From a virus (lineage: Duplodnaviria > Caudoviricetes), in IMG/VR virus record IMGVR_UViG_3300021142_000072, positions 1 through 41,191 of that record: DNA of 41,191 bases. One strand, 5' to 3'. The notes under the pieces were generated by a model. The model was not told the DNA's origin and made no database searches. It saw only the letters and a list, made by a program, of their open reading frames with translations. A program made the position numbers and the translations under genes. This document shows, one piece after another, positions 1 through 8,076 of the stretch; positions within the stretch are counted from its first letter, which is position 1; the number at the start of each line of letters is the position of its first letter.

Positions 1-127
1 ACGGGAGTTTCCTTTACTCAGGTTCTCAACGCCGCGGGTACATTTCAAGGTCACATCATGCTTTCGGATTTGTCCGAAGCGGGCTACGACCTCACCAACA
101 CCACGATTCCCGGTCGCACCGCTATCT
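1..127. repeat. Terminal direct repeat, left copy (circular assembly overlap)
   Basis: Bases 1-127 are identical to 41065-41191; 127 is a common assembler k-mer size and an ORF reads in frame across the junction. Confidence 0.95.
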
Positions 128-1068
128 ATGTTGACCGCAACGGCGTACTTGTATGGGGTGGAATCCTTTGGACTCGCCAATACGATTCAGCAACACAATC
201 CCTAACCTTTACAGGTCGTGAGTTTGAATCATATTTTGAAAAGCGCTTAATCGTCACCGAGAAAGCCCCGTATTACCTAAACTATGTTGCCGTTGACCAA
301 CTAACCATTGCGCAAGACCTTATCAATGTGGCGCAAAGCGTTACAGGTGGAAACATCGGCGTTGTTGTGGGAACGGAAACATCAGGCAAACTGATTAACC
401 GCACCTTCTATCCGTACCAATACAAAGATTACTTCTCTGCTATTTCGGATATGTCAAAGGCGGGAAGCACTTTTGGTTTTGACTTTAACATTGATGTTCA
501 ATACGACAGTACGGGAACGCCAACAAAACTACTTCGCTTAGATTATCCGTATCGCGGTAAAGTCTATTCAGCAAGCGACCCATCTGCTTTGGTTATTGAC
601 TTCCCCGGAAGCCCTGAGAAATATACATGGATGGAAAACGGCGCGTTGATTGCTAACACCGTGTACGCCGTAGGTGCAGGAAGCGCGCCATCTAATTATC
701 TTGGTTACTACGCCGACACCACTCACACATCATCTGGCTGGCCGCTCTATGAAGTCACCGCTAACTACTCGGATGTGTACGACACCAACCTTCTCAACAC
801 CTTGGCACAAGGTCAGGTACAGGCGCAACTTAATCCAGTTGTCAACGGACAGATTGCACTTCCTGCTTATGTTGACCCTGTTCTTGGCTCATACCGTACC
901 GGCGACCAAATACTTTTGCGTTTCACCGATGATAGATTCCCCACAACGGGCAGCGGATTTGGTTACACAGTTGTCAAGCGCATCACCGCTATTAATGTTC
1001 AAGCGGGCGAAAACTCTCCAGAGTTAGTAACATTAACCACGGCAGATTTGCCATTCGTTCCAGCATAG
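1..1068 (+). CDS. Minor tail / tail-tip hub protein (siphovirus gp37-like), 3' part; true start at 40993
   Basis: Frame is open from ATG 40993 across the junction to TAG 1068 (about 379 aa); VWGGILWTR motif; lies after the Dit and fibre genes. Confidence 0.75.
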   Translation, partial: TGVSFTQVLNAAGTFQGHIMLSDLSEAGYDLTNTTIPGRTAIYVDRNGVLVWGGILWTRQYDSATQSLTFTGREFESYFEKRLIVTEKAPYYLNYVAVDQLTIAQDLINVAQSVTGGNIGVVVGTETSGKLINRTFYPYQYKDYFSAISDMSKAGSTFGFDFNIDVQYDSTGTPTKLLRLDYPYRGKVYSASDPSALVIDFPGSPEKYTWMENGALIANTVYAVGAGSAPSNYLGYYADTTHTSSGWPLYEVTANYSDVYDTNLLNTLAQGQVQAQLNPVVNGQIALPAYVDPVLGSYRTGDQILLRFTDDRFPTTGSGFGYTVVKRITAINVQAGENSPELVTLTTADLPFVPA

Positions 1069-1077
1069 GAGAGTTAA

Positions 1078-1710
1078 ATGCCATTCATTAACCTTCCTCC
1101 TGTCCTGTCTGAACTTTTTGACGGCTTAGACAAGCGCTTGAAGAAAGTGGAATACGCCAAGCGATTTACCGCGCCTATTTGGGATTTTTCTACGGGCAAT
1201 CCTCAGTACCCACAACAAGGCGATATCTTCTACGACACCAATACCAATATGTTTCGGTATTACAACGGCAGCACTTGGTATGTCATTGCCGACAACAATG
1301 TGGCAACTCCCGTTGTTTCCTTTACTCCTACTTGGTCGGGAACTGGTCTAACCTTTACCGGCACTCCAGCAACGGGTGAATATCAAAAAATTGGCAAGCA
1401 GATTCATTTTCAAATTAAAGTCTTATGCACAAATGTTACAAACTTTGGAACTGGTCAGTATTCGTTAACCCTTCCTTTTGCCCCATTTAGCGATTATATG
1501 TTCAGAGATGGCGCTATTCATCATTCCACCGCTCACCACGCTATTGCGGCAGATGCCTATTCTGGAACAACAACAGTCAATCTTTATCACTTAGCAACAA
1601 CTAATGGTTCTAATTCATACGCTTATGACGACCCATTTTCTCAAGGCAATCCCATTACATTGACAACATCAGATTATTTTTATGTCTCTGGAAACTACCT
1701 CACCGCATAA
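1078..1710 (+). CDS. Minor tail / fibre-like protein
   Basis: GGAG RBS; GDIFYDT..YYNGSTW fibre module; beta-rich C-terminus (YQKIGKQIH...SGNY). Confidence 0.65.
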   Translation: MPFINLPPVLSELFDGLDKRLKKVEYAKRFTAPIWDFSTGNPQYPQQGDIFYDTNTNMFRYYNGSTWYVIADNNVATPVVSFTPTWSGTGLTFTGTPATGEYQKIGKQIHFQIKVLCTNVTNFGTGQYSLTLPFAPFSDYMFRDGAIHHSTAHHAIAADAYSGTTTVNLYHLATTNGSNSYAYDDPFSQGNPITLTTSDYFYVSGNYLTA

Positions 1711-1724
1711 CCCATAACCGAAAG

Positions 1725-2021
1725 GTGCAAATGAACGCCACGCAACTCGCCAATGCAGCAAATTGGGCGCAAATCCTTTGGGCAAGTGGAGCAGCACTTG
1801 CCACTATCGCAGCCGTAGGAAAGGTGTTTTTCTCTATTAAACACAAGTTAGACAACATCGAAACACATACTTACAAGCGCAACGGTGGTTCATCTATGGC
1901 AGATGCACTCAATCGGCTAGAAATTGCAGTAGCCGAAAACACTAAGATTACGCAAAAGATTTCCCGTGAATTAGCAAAACTAGAGGGGCGTTTCGAAAAC
2001 CACATCGAAGAAGGTTTCTAA
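1725..2021 (+). CDS. Single-TM membrane protein with coiled tail (lysis region)
   Basis: N-terminal hydrophobic helix, NGGSSMAD motif and coiled-coil C-terminus, as often seen near actinophage lysis genes. Confidence 0.6.
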   Translation: MQMNATQLANAANWAQILWASGAALATIAAVGKVFFSIKHKLDNIETHTYKRNGGSSMADALNRLEIAVAENTKITQKISRELAKLEGRFENHIEEGF

Positions 2022-2215
2022 TGCAGCCTAAGACCCGCAGAAAAATACAAGTCATAGCGCGGGCGTGGTTTGAATCCTTTGTTGGTTTTGAAGTTGTCTT
2101 ACATTTCAAAGACCTTATTCAACGCGATGTTCTTATTCAGGCTTCCCTAGCCGCTTTATTTCCTATCATCCTTCGGTGGGTTAACCCCAAAGACAAATTT
2201 CCAGATGGAGAATAA
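2021..2215 (+). CDS. Small membrane protein, holin-like
   Basis: Two hydrophobic segments, ILRWVNPKD ending, TAATG coupling on both sides. Confidence 0.5.
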   Translation: MQPKTRRKIQVIARAWFESFVGFEVVLHFKDLIQRDVLIQASLAALFPIILRWVNPKDKFPDGE

Positions 2216-2559
2216 TGTTTAAGAAAAAATACATCCACGAATCTACTGGCGATGTTCTTACCTTCTCCGAGTTAATTAGTTGGAAAATTCAAGGAATTAT
2301 CCGTAACTGGTTCTTTGTCATTGGCTGGACTGTTATCACCGTTGTTTGGTGGATTCGCCCGCATTGGTTTGGCGATGATTCGTCTTATGTCAAGTGGATG
2401 AACCTTGCTTCATGGCTTGCCGTAACTGTTGAATTGATTATCGGTATTGCCATGATTGGGCAGACTAAGCGCGATGCCATGATTATTCGCCACATCCTCA
2501 AGTTGGAAAAGCAAGAAATCGAACACTTACAAGATTTGCTTGAAGATAAAAATGACTGA
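2215..2559 (+). CDS. Two-TM membrane protein (DUF1003-like)
   Basis: W.F+I..T TM1, MNLASWLA TM2, MIGQ..RD motif. Confidence 0.5.
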   Translation: MFKKKYIHESTGDVLTFSELISWKIQGIIRNWFFVIGWTVITVVWWIRPHWFGDDSSYVKWMNLASWLAVTVELIIGIAMIGQTKRDAMIIRHILKLEKQEIEHLQDLLEDKND

Positions 2560-3001
2560 AGCACATTCCCAAAAACTCAGCCTTCATCTCATCACCAATG
2601 TTCCCGAACATTCACCACGGGAATCAGACCCGCACTACCATCTTTTCAACCAAGCCAAAGAGCGCATCAAGCGCCAAGGGTTATGGAAGTGCATTGTGGC
2701 TGACGACCTTTGCTCAGGAGAGCCTGAACTTCACCACTCAAACATTGAGTTTTCTCAGATAGAAAGCACAGACCCTTCTAAAATTGAACAGGCGTTTGGC
2801 TTGCACTTTGCCAATGACGAGGACTTTCAGGAGTGGATTGAATCGCCGGGCAATCTGGAGGTTCTTTGCGTTGCCCACCACCGCACCCGCTTTGGTATTC
2901 ACGACATTCCTGCCCCGCTTTGGGATGCGCTAAGATTCAGGAAGGTTGGTTCTTTGCCAGCCGCCGAACACATCTCAGGAGATAATAATGGCGAAGTTTA
3001 G
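2552..3001 (+). CDS. HNH-like metal-binding protein
   Basis: C..C..ELHH...NLEVLCVAHHR pattern; ATG 2552 overlaps the end of the previous gene. Confidence 0.45.
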   Translation: MTEAHSQKLSLHLITNVPEHSPRESDPHYHLFNQAKERIKRQGLWKCIVADDLCSGEPELHHSNIEFSQIESTDPSKIEQAFGLHFANDEDFQEWIESPGNLEVLCVAHHRTRFGIHDIPAPLWDALRFRKVGSLPAAEHISGDNNGEV

Positions 3002-3272
3002 TTATCATGTCACCGCTAAGGAAAAGGCACTTGCCGAGCATTATGTCTATGGCATCTTGGCTGCTGGTCTTGCTGCTCATCAACTCGCACCGCACGATGC
3101 ACTCAAGGTTCTTGCAGTTAAGGCACTCGTAGCAGGTCTTGTTGCACCAATCCTTGCTCGCGTAAACCCTAAGTCACTTGTCAATCAGATTGATGCAGCG
3201 ACAGGCGCGCCCGCAACTCTTACTGCTCCAATCGTTACCGCTGCTATTGCAGATGCAAACAAGTTGGTTTAG
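2988..3272 (+). CDS. Membrane protein, holin-like
   Basis: AGGAG RBS before ATG 2988; two hydrophobic helices; ARVNPK motif resembles the end of the 2021-2215 protein. Confidence 0.55.
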   Translation: MAKFSYHVTAKEKALAEHYVYGILAAGLAAHQLAPHDALKVLAVKALVAGLVAPILARVNPKSLVNQIDAATGAPATLTAPIVTAAIADANKLV

Positions 3273-3303
3273 GCAGAAGTAACAAAGTAATTCACCCGAA
3301 TTA

Positions 3304-3332
3304 GCCCCTAGCCTTCGGGTTAGGGGTTTTTT
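3304..3332 (+). terminator. Rho-independent terminator
   Basis: gcccctagcc-TTCG-ggttaggggt stem with a UUCG loop, followed by a T tract. Confidence 0.9.
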
Positions 3333-3348
3333 CTATTGAGAGGCAAAT

Positions 3349-4206
3349 ATGGCAACCGCACAAGATGTTCTCAATGTCGCCAGAAGTCAGATTGGCTTTC
3401 ATGCCGGCGCGCAAGATGAAAACCCTTACGGCATTTGGTACGGAATTAAGAACGCGCCGTATTGCGCAATGGGTGTCTCATGGTGCTTTGCTCAAGTCGG
3501 GCTATCAAGTTTAATCGCCGCGCAAACTCCTAAAGGATTTTCTTACAATCCTGCCGCGCTTCCATGGTTTCAACGCCAAGGATTAGTCGTCAACAAATAT
3601 CAAGGTCAGCCCGGCGACTTAGCCTTTTGGGATTGGAACTCTGACGGCGTTGTTGACCATGTAGAAATTATTGAAAACGCATCGCCTGACGGATTGACAA
3701 CCATCGGATTTAACACCGGCAATCCCAATGATTCAATTCACGAAAGCGGATGCTTCCGAGTTCACCGACCTTACTTCTATCTTGCCGCCATCGTGCGCCC
3801 ACGCTATCCAATACCGCTTAAACCCGTTTCTAAAGGCATGGCAAGCAAGAAGGCAACGGCAGCGGTAGCGGGTACGGGAACGGCGGTTGTAGGGGCTACG
3901 GCGGCTTTACACGGCGGTTCTGCACCCGCTACATCAACACCCGTACCCACACCTTCCCCCACAGTATTTATCGCGCCTCCATTTCCCACTAACGCAACGG
4001 CTTTTAATATCGGACAAAAGAATGATGCCGTTATGACCGTTGAAAAGGCTTTGTTTAAGGCTGGATTGCTTCCCACTCAATATGTTACGGGAACAATGAA
4101 CACGCAAACGCAACAGGCTTTAGTGAAATATGAAGGCAAGGAAGGCATCAAAGTTACGGGTAATCTGCCACAGATAATCTATGACCAACTTAAAGGCTCG
4201 CTATGA
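3349..4206 (+). CDS. Endolysin: CHAP domain plus C-terminal peptidoglycan-binding-like domain
   Basis: PYCAMGVSW (catalytic Cys), PGDLAFWDW, DHVEII (His), TIGFNT; P/T linker; helical PG-binding-like tail. Confidence 0.85.
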   Translation: MATAQDVLNVARSQIGFHAGAQDENPYGIWYGIKNAPYCAMGVSWCFAQVGLSSLIAAQTPKGFSYNPAALPWFQRQGLVVNKYQGQPGDLAFWDWNSDGVVDHVEIIENASPDGLTTIGFNTGNPNDSIHESGCFRVHRPYFYLAAIVRPRYPIPLKPVSKGMASKKATAAVAGTGTAVVGATAALHGGSAPATSTPVPTPSPTVFIAPPFPTNATAFNIGQKNDAVMTVEKALFKAGLLPTQYVTGTMNTQTQQALVKYEGKEGIKVTGNLPQIIYDQLKGSL

Positions 4207-4526
4207 AATTTCATATACTAGATGCCAAGCAGTTATTGATTGCTTTCACTAGCGCCTTTAGCACATGGGCGGCAACTGGCTTTCAACATGATGCGGCGCA
4301 TCTGACCTATATTCTCATAGGCTTCATTACCGGTGGGCTAGTATCTCACGACACCATGGCAAATCCGAACATTGCCCCTGAGTCGCATATACAAACGCCG
4401 TACCTGTCGAACCTTGAAGATAATAACTCTGGCGTTCCCGAACACGCCGTTCTGCCAGACACATACAAGCCAGAAGGCACAGATGTAAAAAGGGTTATAC
4501 AAATCAATAGCGGAATCATTCACTAG
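4203..4526 (+). CDS. Putative holin / membrane protein
   Basis: ATGA-coupled to the endolysin; two N-terminal TM segments. Confidence 0.5.
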   Translation: MKFHILDAKQLLIAFTSAFSTWAATGFQHDAAHLTYILIGFITGGLVSHDTMANPNIAPESHIQTPYLSNLEDNNSGVPEHAVLPDTYKPEGTDVKRVIQINSGIIH

Positions 4527-4601
4527 ACACGCCGAAGTTAATACATCAAGCCCCTGTTCTATCGTGTAGTCTCTACCCTAACTCTAGGGAGGCGAGGCTA
4601 T

Positions 4602-4853
4602 ATGAGCGAGCAGGGGCTTATTTCTGCTATTGAGGAACTTGCGGCAACACCCGTTGTCACAGGCTTTCCTTGTAGCGTAGGCGAATTTCTCAAACAGATT
4701 AGCGACAAAGAGCGCGATGCGTTCAACGCTATCTTGGACAATCAAAAGGTCGGCACAATTCGCATTTACGATATGTTACAAAAGAACGATTACACGGTTG
4801 CTAAAGCCGCGTTATACAAACACCGCCGCAAACAATGCAGGTGCTTTCAATGA
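4602..4853 (+). CDS. Small Cys/His helical protein, possibly DNA-binding
   Basis: GGAGG RBS; CSVG...HRRKQCRC motif; coupled to the phosphoesterase gene. Confidence 0.6.
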   Translation: MSEQGLISAIEELAATPVVTGFPCSVGEFLKQISDKERDAFNAILDNQKVGTIRIYDMLQKNDYTVAKAALYKHRRKQCRCFQ

Positions 4854-5878
4854 GTCTTGCCGATGATTTAGCAGCAGCGCAAAAGGAAGTTGACCCGGAG
4901 ATTGTCGAACTTCGCAAGGCGCTGAATAACACACAAAAGCAATTAGCCAAAGCCAAGATTCGTAATGATGAATTAGTTGTTGCCACTTTGCGTGGAGCGT
5001 ATGAAGCGATGCTGGCATTGGGCAAAGTACCGCCGGTAGCCGCACCAAAGAAAGATATTCGTAAGGCAAATCCTGAAGTGGCACTTGTTCACTCTACGGA
5101 TTGGCAAGGCGCAAAGGTGACAACTTCATACAACTCGGAGATTATGCGCAAACGTGTCTTGCAATTCGCCGACAAAATCGTTCATCTGACAGAACTACAA
5201 CGGGTGCATCATCCTGTCCGTGAATGTGTAGTGATGTTTGGTGGGGATATGGTTGAAGGTCTATTTAACTATCCCGCACAACTCTGGCAGATTGACTCAT
5301 CACTCTTTGGACAGTTCACGCAAGTCTCTCGTTTATGTGTGGACTTTGTTCGGGTCATGCTTGCTAACTTTGAAAAGGTTACTGTCGTTGCCGAATGGGG
5401 CAATCATGGTCGTATCGGTGGCAAGCGCGCCGAAGTTCCCAAGAGCGACAATGTTGACCGCATGGTGTACGAGATGTCTCGCCAAATCCTTGCAGGAGAA
5501 AAGAGACTTACATGGGAAGATTGTCCGGAAGATATTCAAGAGGTGGCAGTTGGAAACTATCGCGCTTTACTCATGCACGGAGACGAACTTGGTCGTTCAG
5601 GATTCGCCTCACCTGCCGCATGGATTGCCGGTGCTAATCGCTGGAAAGCAGGAGCGCACGATTACGATTTCCACGACATATATCTCGGGCATTACCACCG
5701 TCACGCTCAAGAGCCGATTCAAAAGAACTTTAACCTTTACTGGACAGGTTCAACCGAATCCGACAACCGTTATGCCCGTGACTCCATGGCTGCTTCAGGG
5801 ATGCCTAGCCAGCGACTCCACTTTGTTGACCCCATCAAGGGGCGCGTGACCGCTCAGTATCAGGTCTGGCTGGATTAG
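4850..5878 (+). CDS. Calcineurin-like metallophosphoesterase (Mre11-like) with N-terminal coiled coil
   Basis: TDWQ, GGDMVEG, GNHG, HGD and GHYH motifs; ATGA overlap at 4850. Confidence 0.85.
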   Translation: MSLADDLAAAQKEVDPEIVELRKALNNTQKQLAKAKIRNDELVVATLRGAYEAMLALGKVPPVAAPKKDIRKANPEVALVHSTDWQGAKVTTSYNSEIMRKRVLQFADKIVHLTELQRVHHPVRECVVMFGGDMVEGLFNYPAQLWQIDSSLFGQFTQVSRLCVDFVRVMLANFEKVTVVAEWGNHGRIGGKRAEVPKSDNVDRMVYEMSRQILAGEKRLTWEDCPEDIQEVAVGNYRALLMHGDELGRSGFASPAAWIAGANRWKAGAHDYDFHDIYLGHYHRHAQEPIQKNFNLYWTGSTESDNRYARDSMAASGMPSQRLHFVDPIKGRVTAQYQVWLD

Positions 5879-5891
5879 AACATCTGTTCGA
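5876..5891. promoter_or_regulatory. Putative LexA (SOS) box
   Basis: TAGAAC-ATCT-GTTCGA, one mismatch from the actinobacterial consensus TCGAAC-N4-GTTCGA. Confidence 0.5.
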
Positions 5892-5906
5892 ACATATCCG
5901 TCAGGA

Positions 5907-5922
5907 TGTGGGCTAAATCACA
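5907..5922. promoter_or_regulatory. CRP/GlxR-like box upstream of P1
   Basis: TGTGG-GCTAAA-TCACA, one mismatch from TGTGA-N6-TCACA, followed by an A/T tract. Confidence 0.55.
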
Positions 5923-5951
5923 AAAATTTTTTAAGATTTGGCTGAATATCC

Positions 5952-5979
5952 TTGACTTGGGTTTGGGTCAGAGTATAAT
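5952..5979 (+). promoter_or_regulatory. Sigma70/SigA-like promoter P1
   Basis: TTGACT-16 nt-TATAAT. Confidence 0.8.
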
Positions 5980-6025
5980 TAAGACATAACCCCGAACGGC
6001 GGTTATAGATTCTGGAGGAATCGAA

Positions 6026-6265
6026 ATGCAGGTCAAAGTTCCATCAAGGTTTTACAAAGACCACATGGATAGAAGCAATGAATATCAATCTCTTTTTAAC
6101 GCGGTCATTAAAGAAGTTGGCAACTATGTGGTTGCTGATTTAGACGAATCGCAAATTAGCGAATTGTTAAACGATGCAGAGTATTACGCAGATGGCGTGG
6201 ATTACCCCGAACTTCGCGGGTTGCAATCATCAGCCAAAGCAACAGTCAAAGCGCTAAGTAAGTAA
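6026..6265 (+). CDS. Hypothetical early protein
   Basis: GGAGG RBS, own promoter and terminator. Confidence 0.8.
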   Translation: MQVKVPSRFYKDHMDRSNEYQSLFNAVIKEVGNYVVADLDESQISELLNDAEYYADGVDYPELRGLQSSAKATVKALSK

Positions 6266-6267
6266 TT

Positions 6268-6310
6268 AAAAACAAAAACCCCTAGGTGCAGGATTGCCTA
6301 GGGGTTATTT
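6268..6310. terminator. Bidirectional terminator between convergent genes
   Basis: aacccctagg/cctaggggtt stem with an A tract before it and TTATTT after it. Confidence 0.8.
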
Positions 6311-6333
6311 GTCATTGCGGGGGGATGCGAATG

Positions 6334-6525
6334 TTACTCTAATTCCTCGTTATCCGGCAAACGGTCAGCATCGTATAACTCAATCTCGCTTGCTTTCATC
6401 GTATTGATTGCCATAACAAAAGCCGTGGTTGCGCGATTGGCGGCATCAGTTAATGCGTCTGGATGCGACTCAGACGATTGAACTTCAACTTCCAGTTCAT
6501 AGGCTCGGATTCTCACGCTAATCAT
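6334..6525 (-). CDS. Small acidic protein; the only credible minus-strand gene, probably leaderless
   Basis: Fills the intergenic gap, ends near the bidirectional terminator, and has TGtCATAAT 6 nt before its ATG. Confidence 0.7.
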   Translation of the reverse strand: MISVRIRAYELEVEVQSSESHPDALTDAANRATTAFVMAINTMKASEIELYDADRLPDNEELE

Positions 6526-6563
6526 GTCGCCATTATGACACGAAAAATATATCTTACAAATCC

Positions 6564-6593
6564 TTGACTTTCGATAACCGTAACCTTTACTCT
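6564..6593 (+). promoter_or_regulatory. Promoter P2
   Basis: TTGACT-18 nt-TACTCT; spacer contains GTAACCT. Confidence 0.6.
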
Positions 6594-6631
6594 AAACCCA
6601 ATGCCAAACGGGGCAGATAAACAAAGGAACG

Positions 6632-7198
6632 GTGATGGGTTTTAATTTAGATAATTACGAAACTGTTGCAGAACGCTTGCAACGCGCATTGGACACACAT
6701 CCAGATTTGCGAATCGTTAATGATTTGGTTCATGTAGAACGCAATGAAGATGGCAAGCCAATTCAATACATTGTTCGCGCACAAGTCTTTTTTGGCGATG
6801 TATTAAAGGGTCAGGATTTTGCAGAAGAGATGGTTGGTTCATCAAATGTCAATCGTGCGAGCGCCTTGGAAAATGCGTGTACGAGCGCAACGGGTCGCGC
6901 ACTCAGCCTGATTGGATTTATGGGAACTAATCCAGTTACGAAGAAGCCAGAGCGCCCTACTCGTCAGGACATGGAAAAGGATGCTCGCGTAACTGCATCT
7001 GCACCTACATTTACCGAAGAGCAAATCAATCTAGCAATCGAAGCAATCAGTCAAGTGCCAGAGATTACTTCTGTTGGTGAACTTAAGTTGTTCTACACCG
7101 GCGCACAAGATGCAGGATTGCTTCAGATTACTGTTGATGGAACAACATTGAACAAGGTTATCTCTGCCCGCAAGAAGGAATTGGAGGCGACCAAGTGA
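6632..7198 (+). CDS. Single-strand annealing protein (Rad52/Sak/ERF-like)
   Basis: FNLDNYETVAERL...SALENACTSATGRAL motifs; sits upstream of an exonuclease. Confidence 0.65.
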   Translation: MMGFNLDNYETVAERLQRALDTHPDLRIVNDLVHVERNEDGKPIQYIVRAQVFFGDVLKGQDFAEEMVGSSNVNRASALENACTSATGRALSLIGFMGTNPVTKKPERPTRQDMEKDARVTASAPTFTEEQINLAIEAISQVPEITSVGELKLFYTGAQDAGLLQITVDGTTLNKVISARKKELEATK

Positions 7199-7317
7199 GC
7201 ATGATGCACCCCACCGGTACTAACGACCGTTCCATCTTCCGTTCATTCGGTTCATGGGCTTTCTGGCTTGTCGTTGTTTGCGCAGCGGCTTATTTGTATG
7301 GGAAGTATTATTTATGA
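7195..7317 (+). CDS. Small membrane peptide (40 aa), not in the ORF track
   Basis: GGAGG RBS, GTGA and ATGA coupling, WAFWLVVVCAAAYLY TM segment. Confidence 0.6.
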   Translation: MSMMHPTGTNDRSIFRSFGSWAFWLVVVCAAAYLYGKYYL

Positions 7318-7661
7318 GCCTGACACCACAACAAGTTGAAAAGCGCTTGTATGACCTTAGCCTTGAAATGGATGAGGCACATAACGCCTTGGTAGAAGCC
7401 GAGACTCAATACTCAACATTGAAAGCCGTGTACGAAATCGCCATGGCTAAATCGCGTATGCGCAACTCTCATCCTGATATGAAAATGACGGTGGTAATGC
7501 GTGACGACCAAGCGCTTATTGACAACGCCGAGAAGCATGAGGCAGTCGCTTTTGCTGAGGCTACGGTCAAGGCGCACCGGGGAAATGTTGCCCGCATCAA
7601 AACGCAGGTGGACATCACTCGTTCTATCTCATCTTCAATCAAAGCCACATTGGACTTGTGA
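7314..7661 (+). CDS. Coiled-coil protein (possibly a recombination accessory factor)
   Basis: ATGA start at 7314; all-helical heptad pattern. Confidence 0.65.
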   Translation: MSLTPQQVEKRLYDLSLEMDEAHNALVEAETQYSTLKAVYEIAMAKSRMRNSHPDMKMTVVMRDDQALIDNAEKHEAVAFAEATVKAHRGNVARIKTQVDITRSISSSIKATLDL

Positions 7662-7828
7662 TGAGTTGGAAATCGCCATACGCAACCGACAAGCAAGCAA
7701 AGATTGAGACTCGCATCTCTGAAGCCGAAAAGGTGAAGTTCAATGATATATGCGCATCGCTGGACATGAAGCCAGCGCAAATGATTCGTTACTTTATTCA
7801 ACACGCAGTAGAAAACTTTGGTGAGTAA
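7661..7828 (+). CDS. Ribbon-helix-helix DNA-binding protein (55 aa), not in the ORF track
   Basis: MSWKSPYATDKQAKIETRISEAEKVKFNDICASLDMKPAQMIRYFIQHAVENFGE; coupled at both ends. Confidence 0.65.
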   Translation: MSWKSPYATDKQAKIETRISEAEKVKFNDICASLDMKPAQMIRYFIQHAVENFGE

Positions 7829-8076
7829 TGACACACGACGAGTTACTGGCAAAATTAAATCATATTGACCATAGCGCTGATTTGACAATGGACGAATCAG
7901 AGCAATATTTTTTCAAAGCCCTTCGCGCGGTAGTGGAATTGCATAAGCCATTCGGTTGGAATTCCAATAATCTTCATCTCTGCTGTATTGCTTGTGCTGA
8001 TTTTGATGATGGTGATGTTGTTCCAGCGGCTTATCCTTGCCCAACTATCCAAGCCATTGAGAAGGAGTTGGCATAA
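7828..8076 (+). CDS. Small zinc-binding protein (paralog of 14587-14811)
   Basis: ALRAVVELHKP..CxxC..YPCPTIQAIEKEL. Confidence 0.75.
   Translation: MTHDELLAKLNHIDHSADLTMDESEQYFFKALRAVVELHKPFGWNSNNLHLCCIACADFDDGDVVPAAYPCPTIQAIEKELA

Noticed and set aside
1-127. Terminal repeat as a biological DTR
   Set aside because: Its length matches a common assembler k-mer and it falls mid-gene, so it is best explained as a circular assembly overlap
3270-3272. Genome-wide TAG recoding
   Set aside because: Many genes end cleanly at TAG just before the next RBS (1068, 20969, 21645, 23119, 37366) and no suppressor tRNA was seen
4526-4534. GACAC (WhiA-type) motifs here and at 6537
   Set aside because: A 5-mer is too short and its spacing to promoters is inconsistent
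5238-5849. 203-aa alternative-frame ORF and other long overlapping ORFs (for example 16923-17459 and 18308-18772)
   Set aside because: They lie within or antisense to well-supported genes and lack an RBS or motifs
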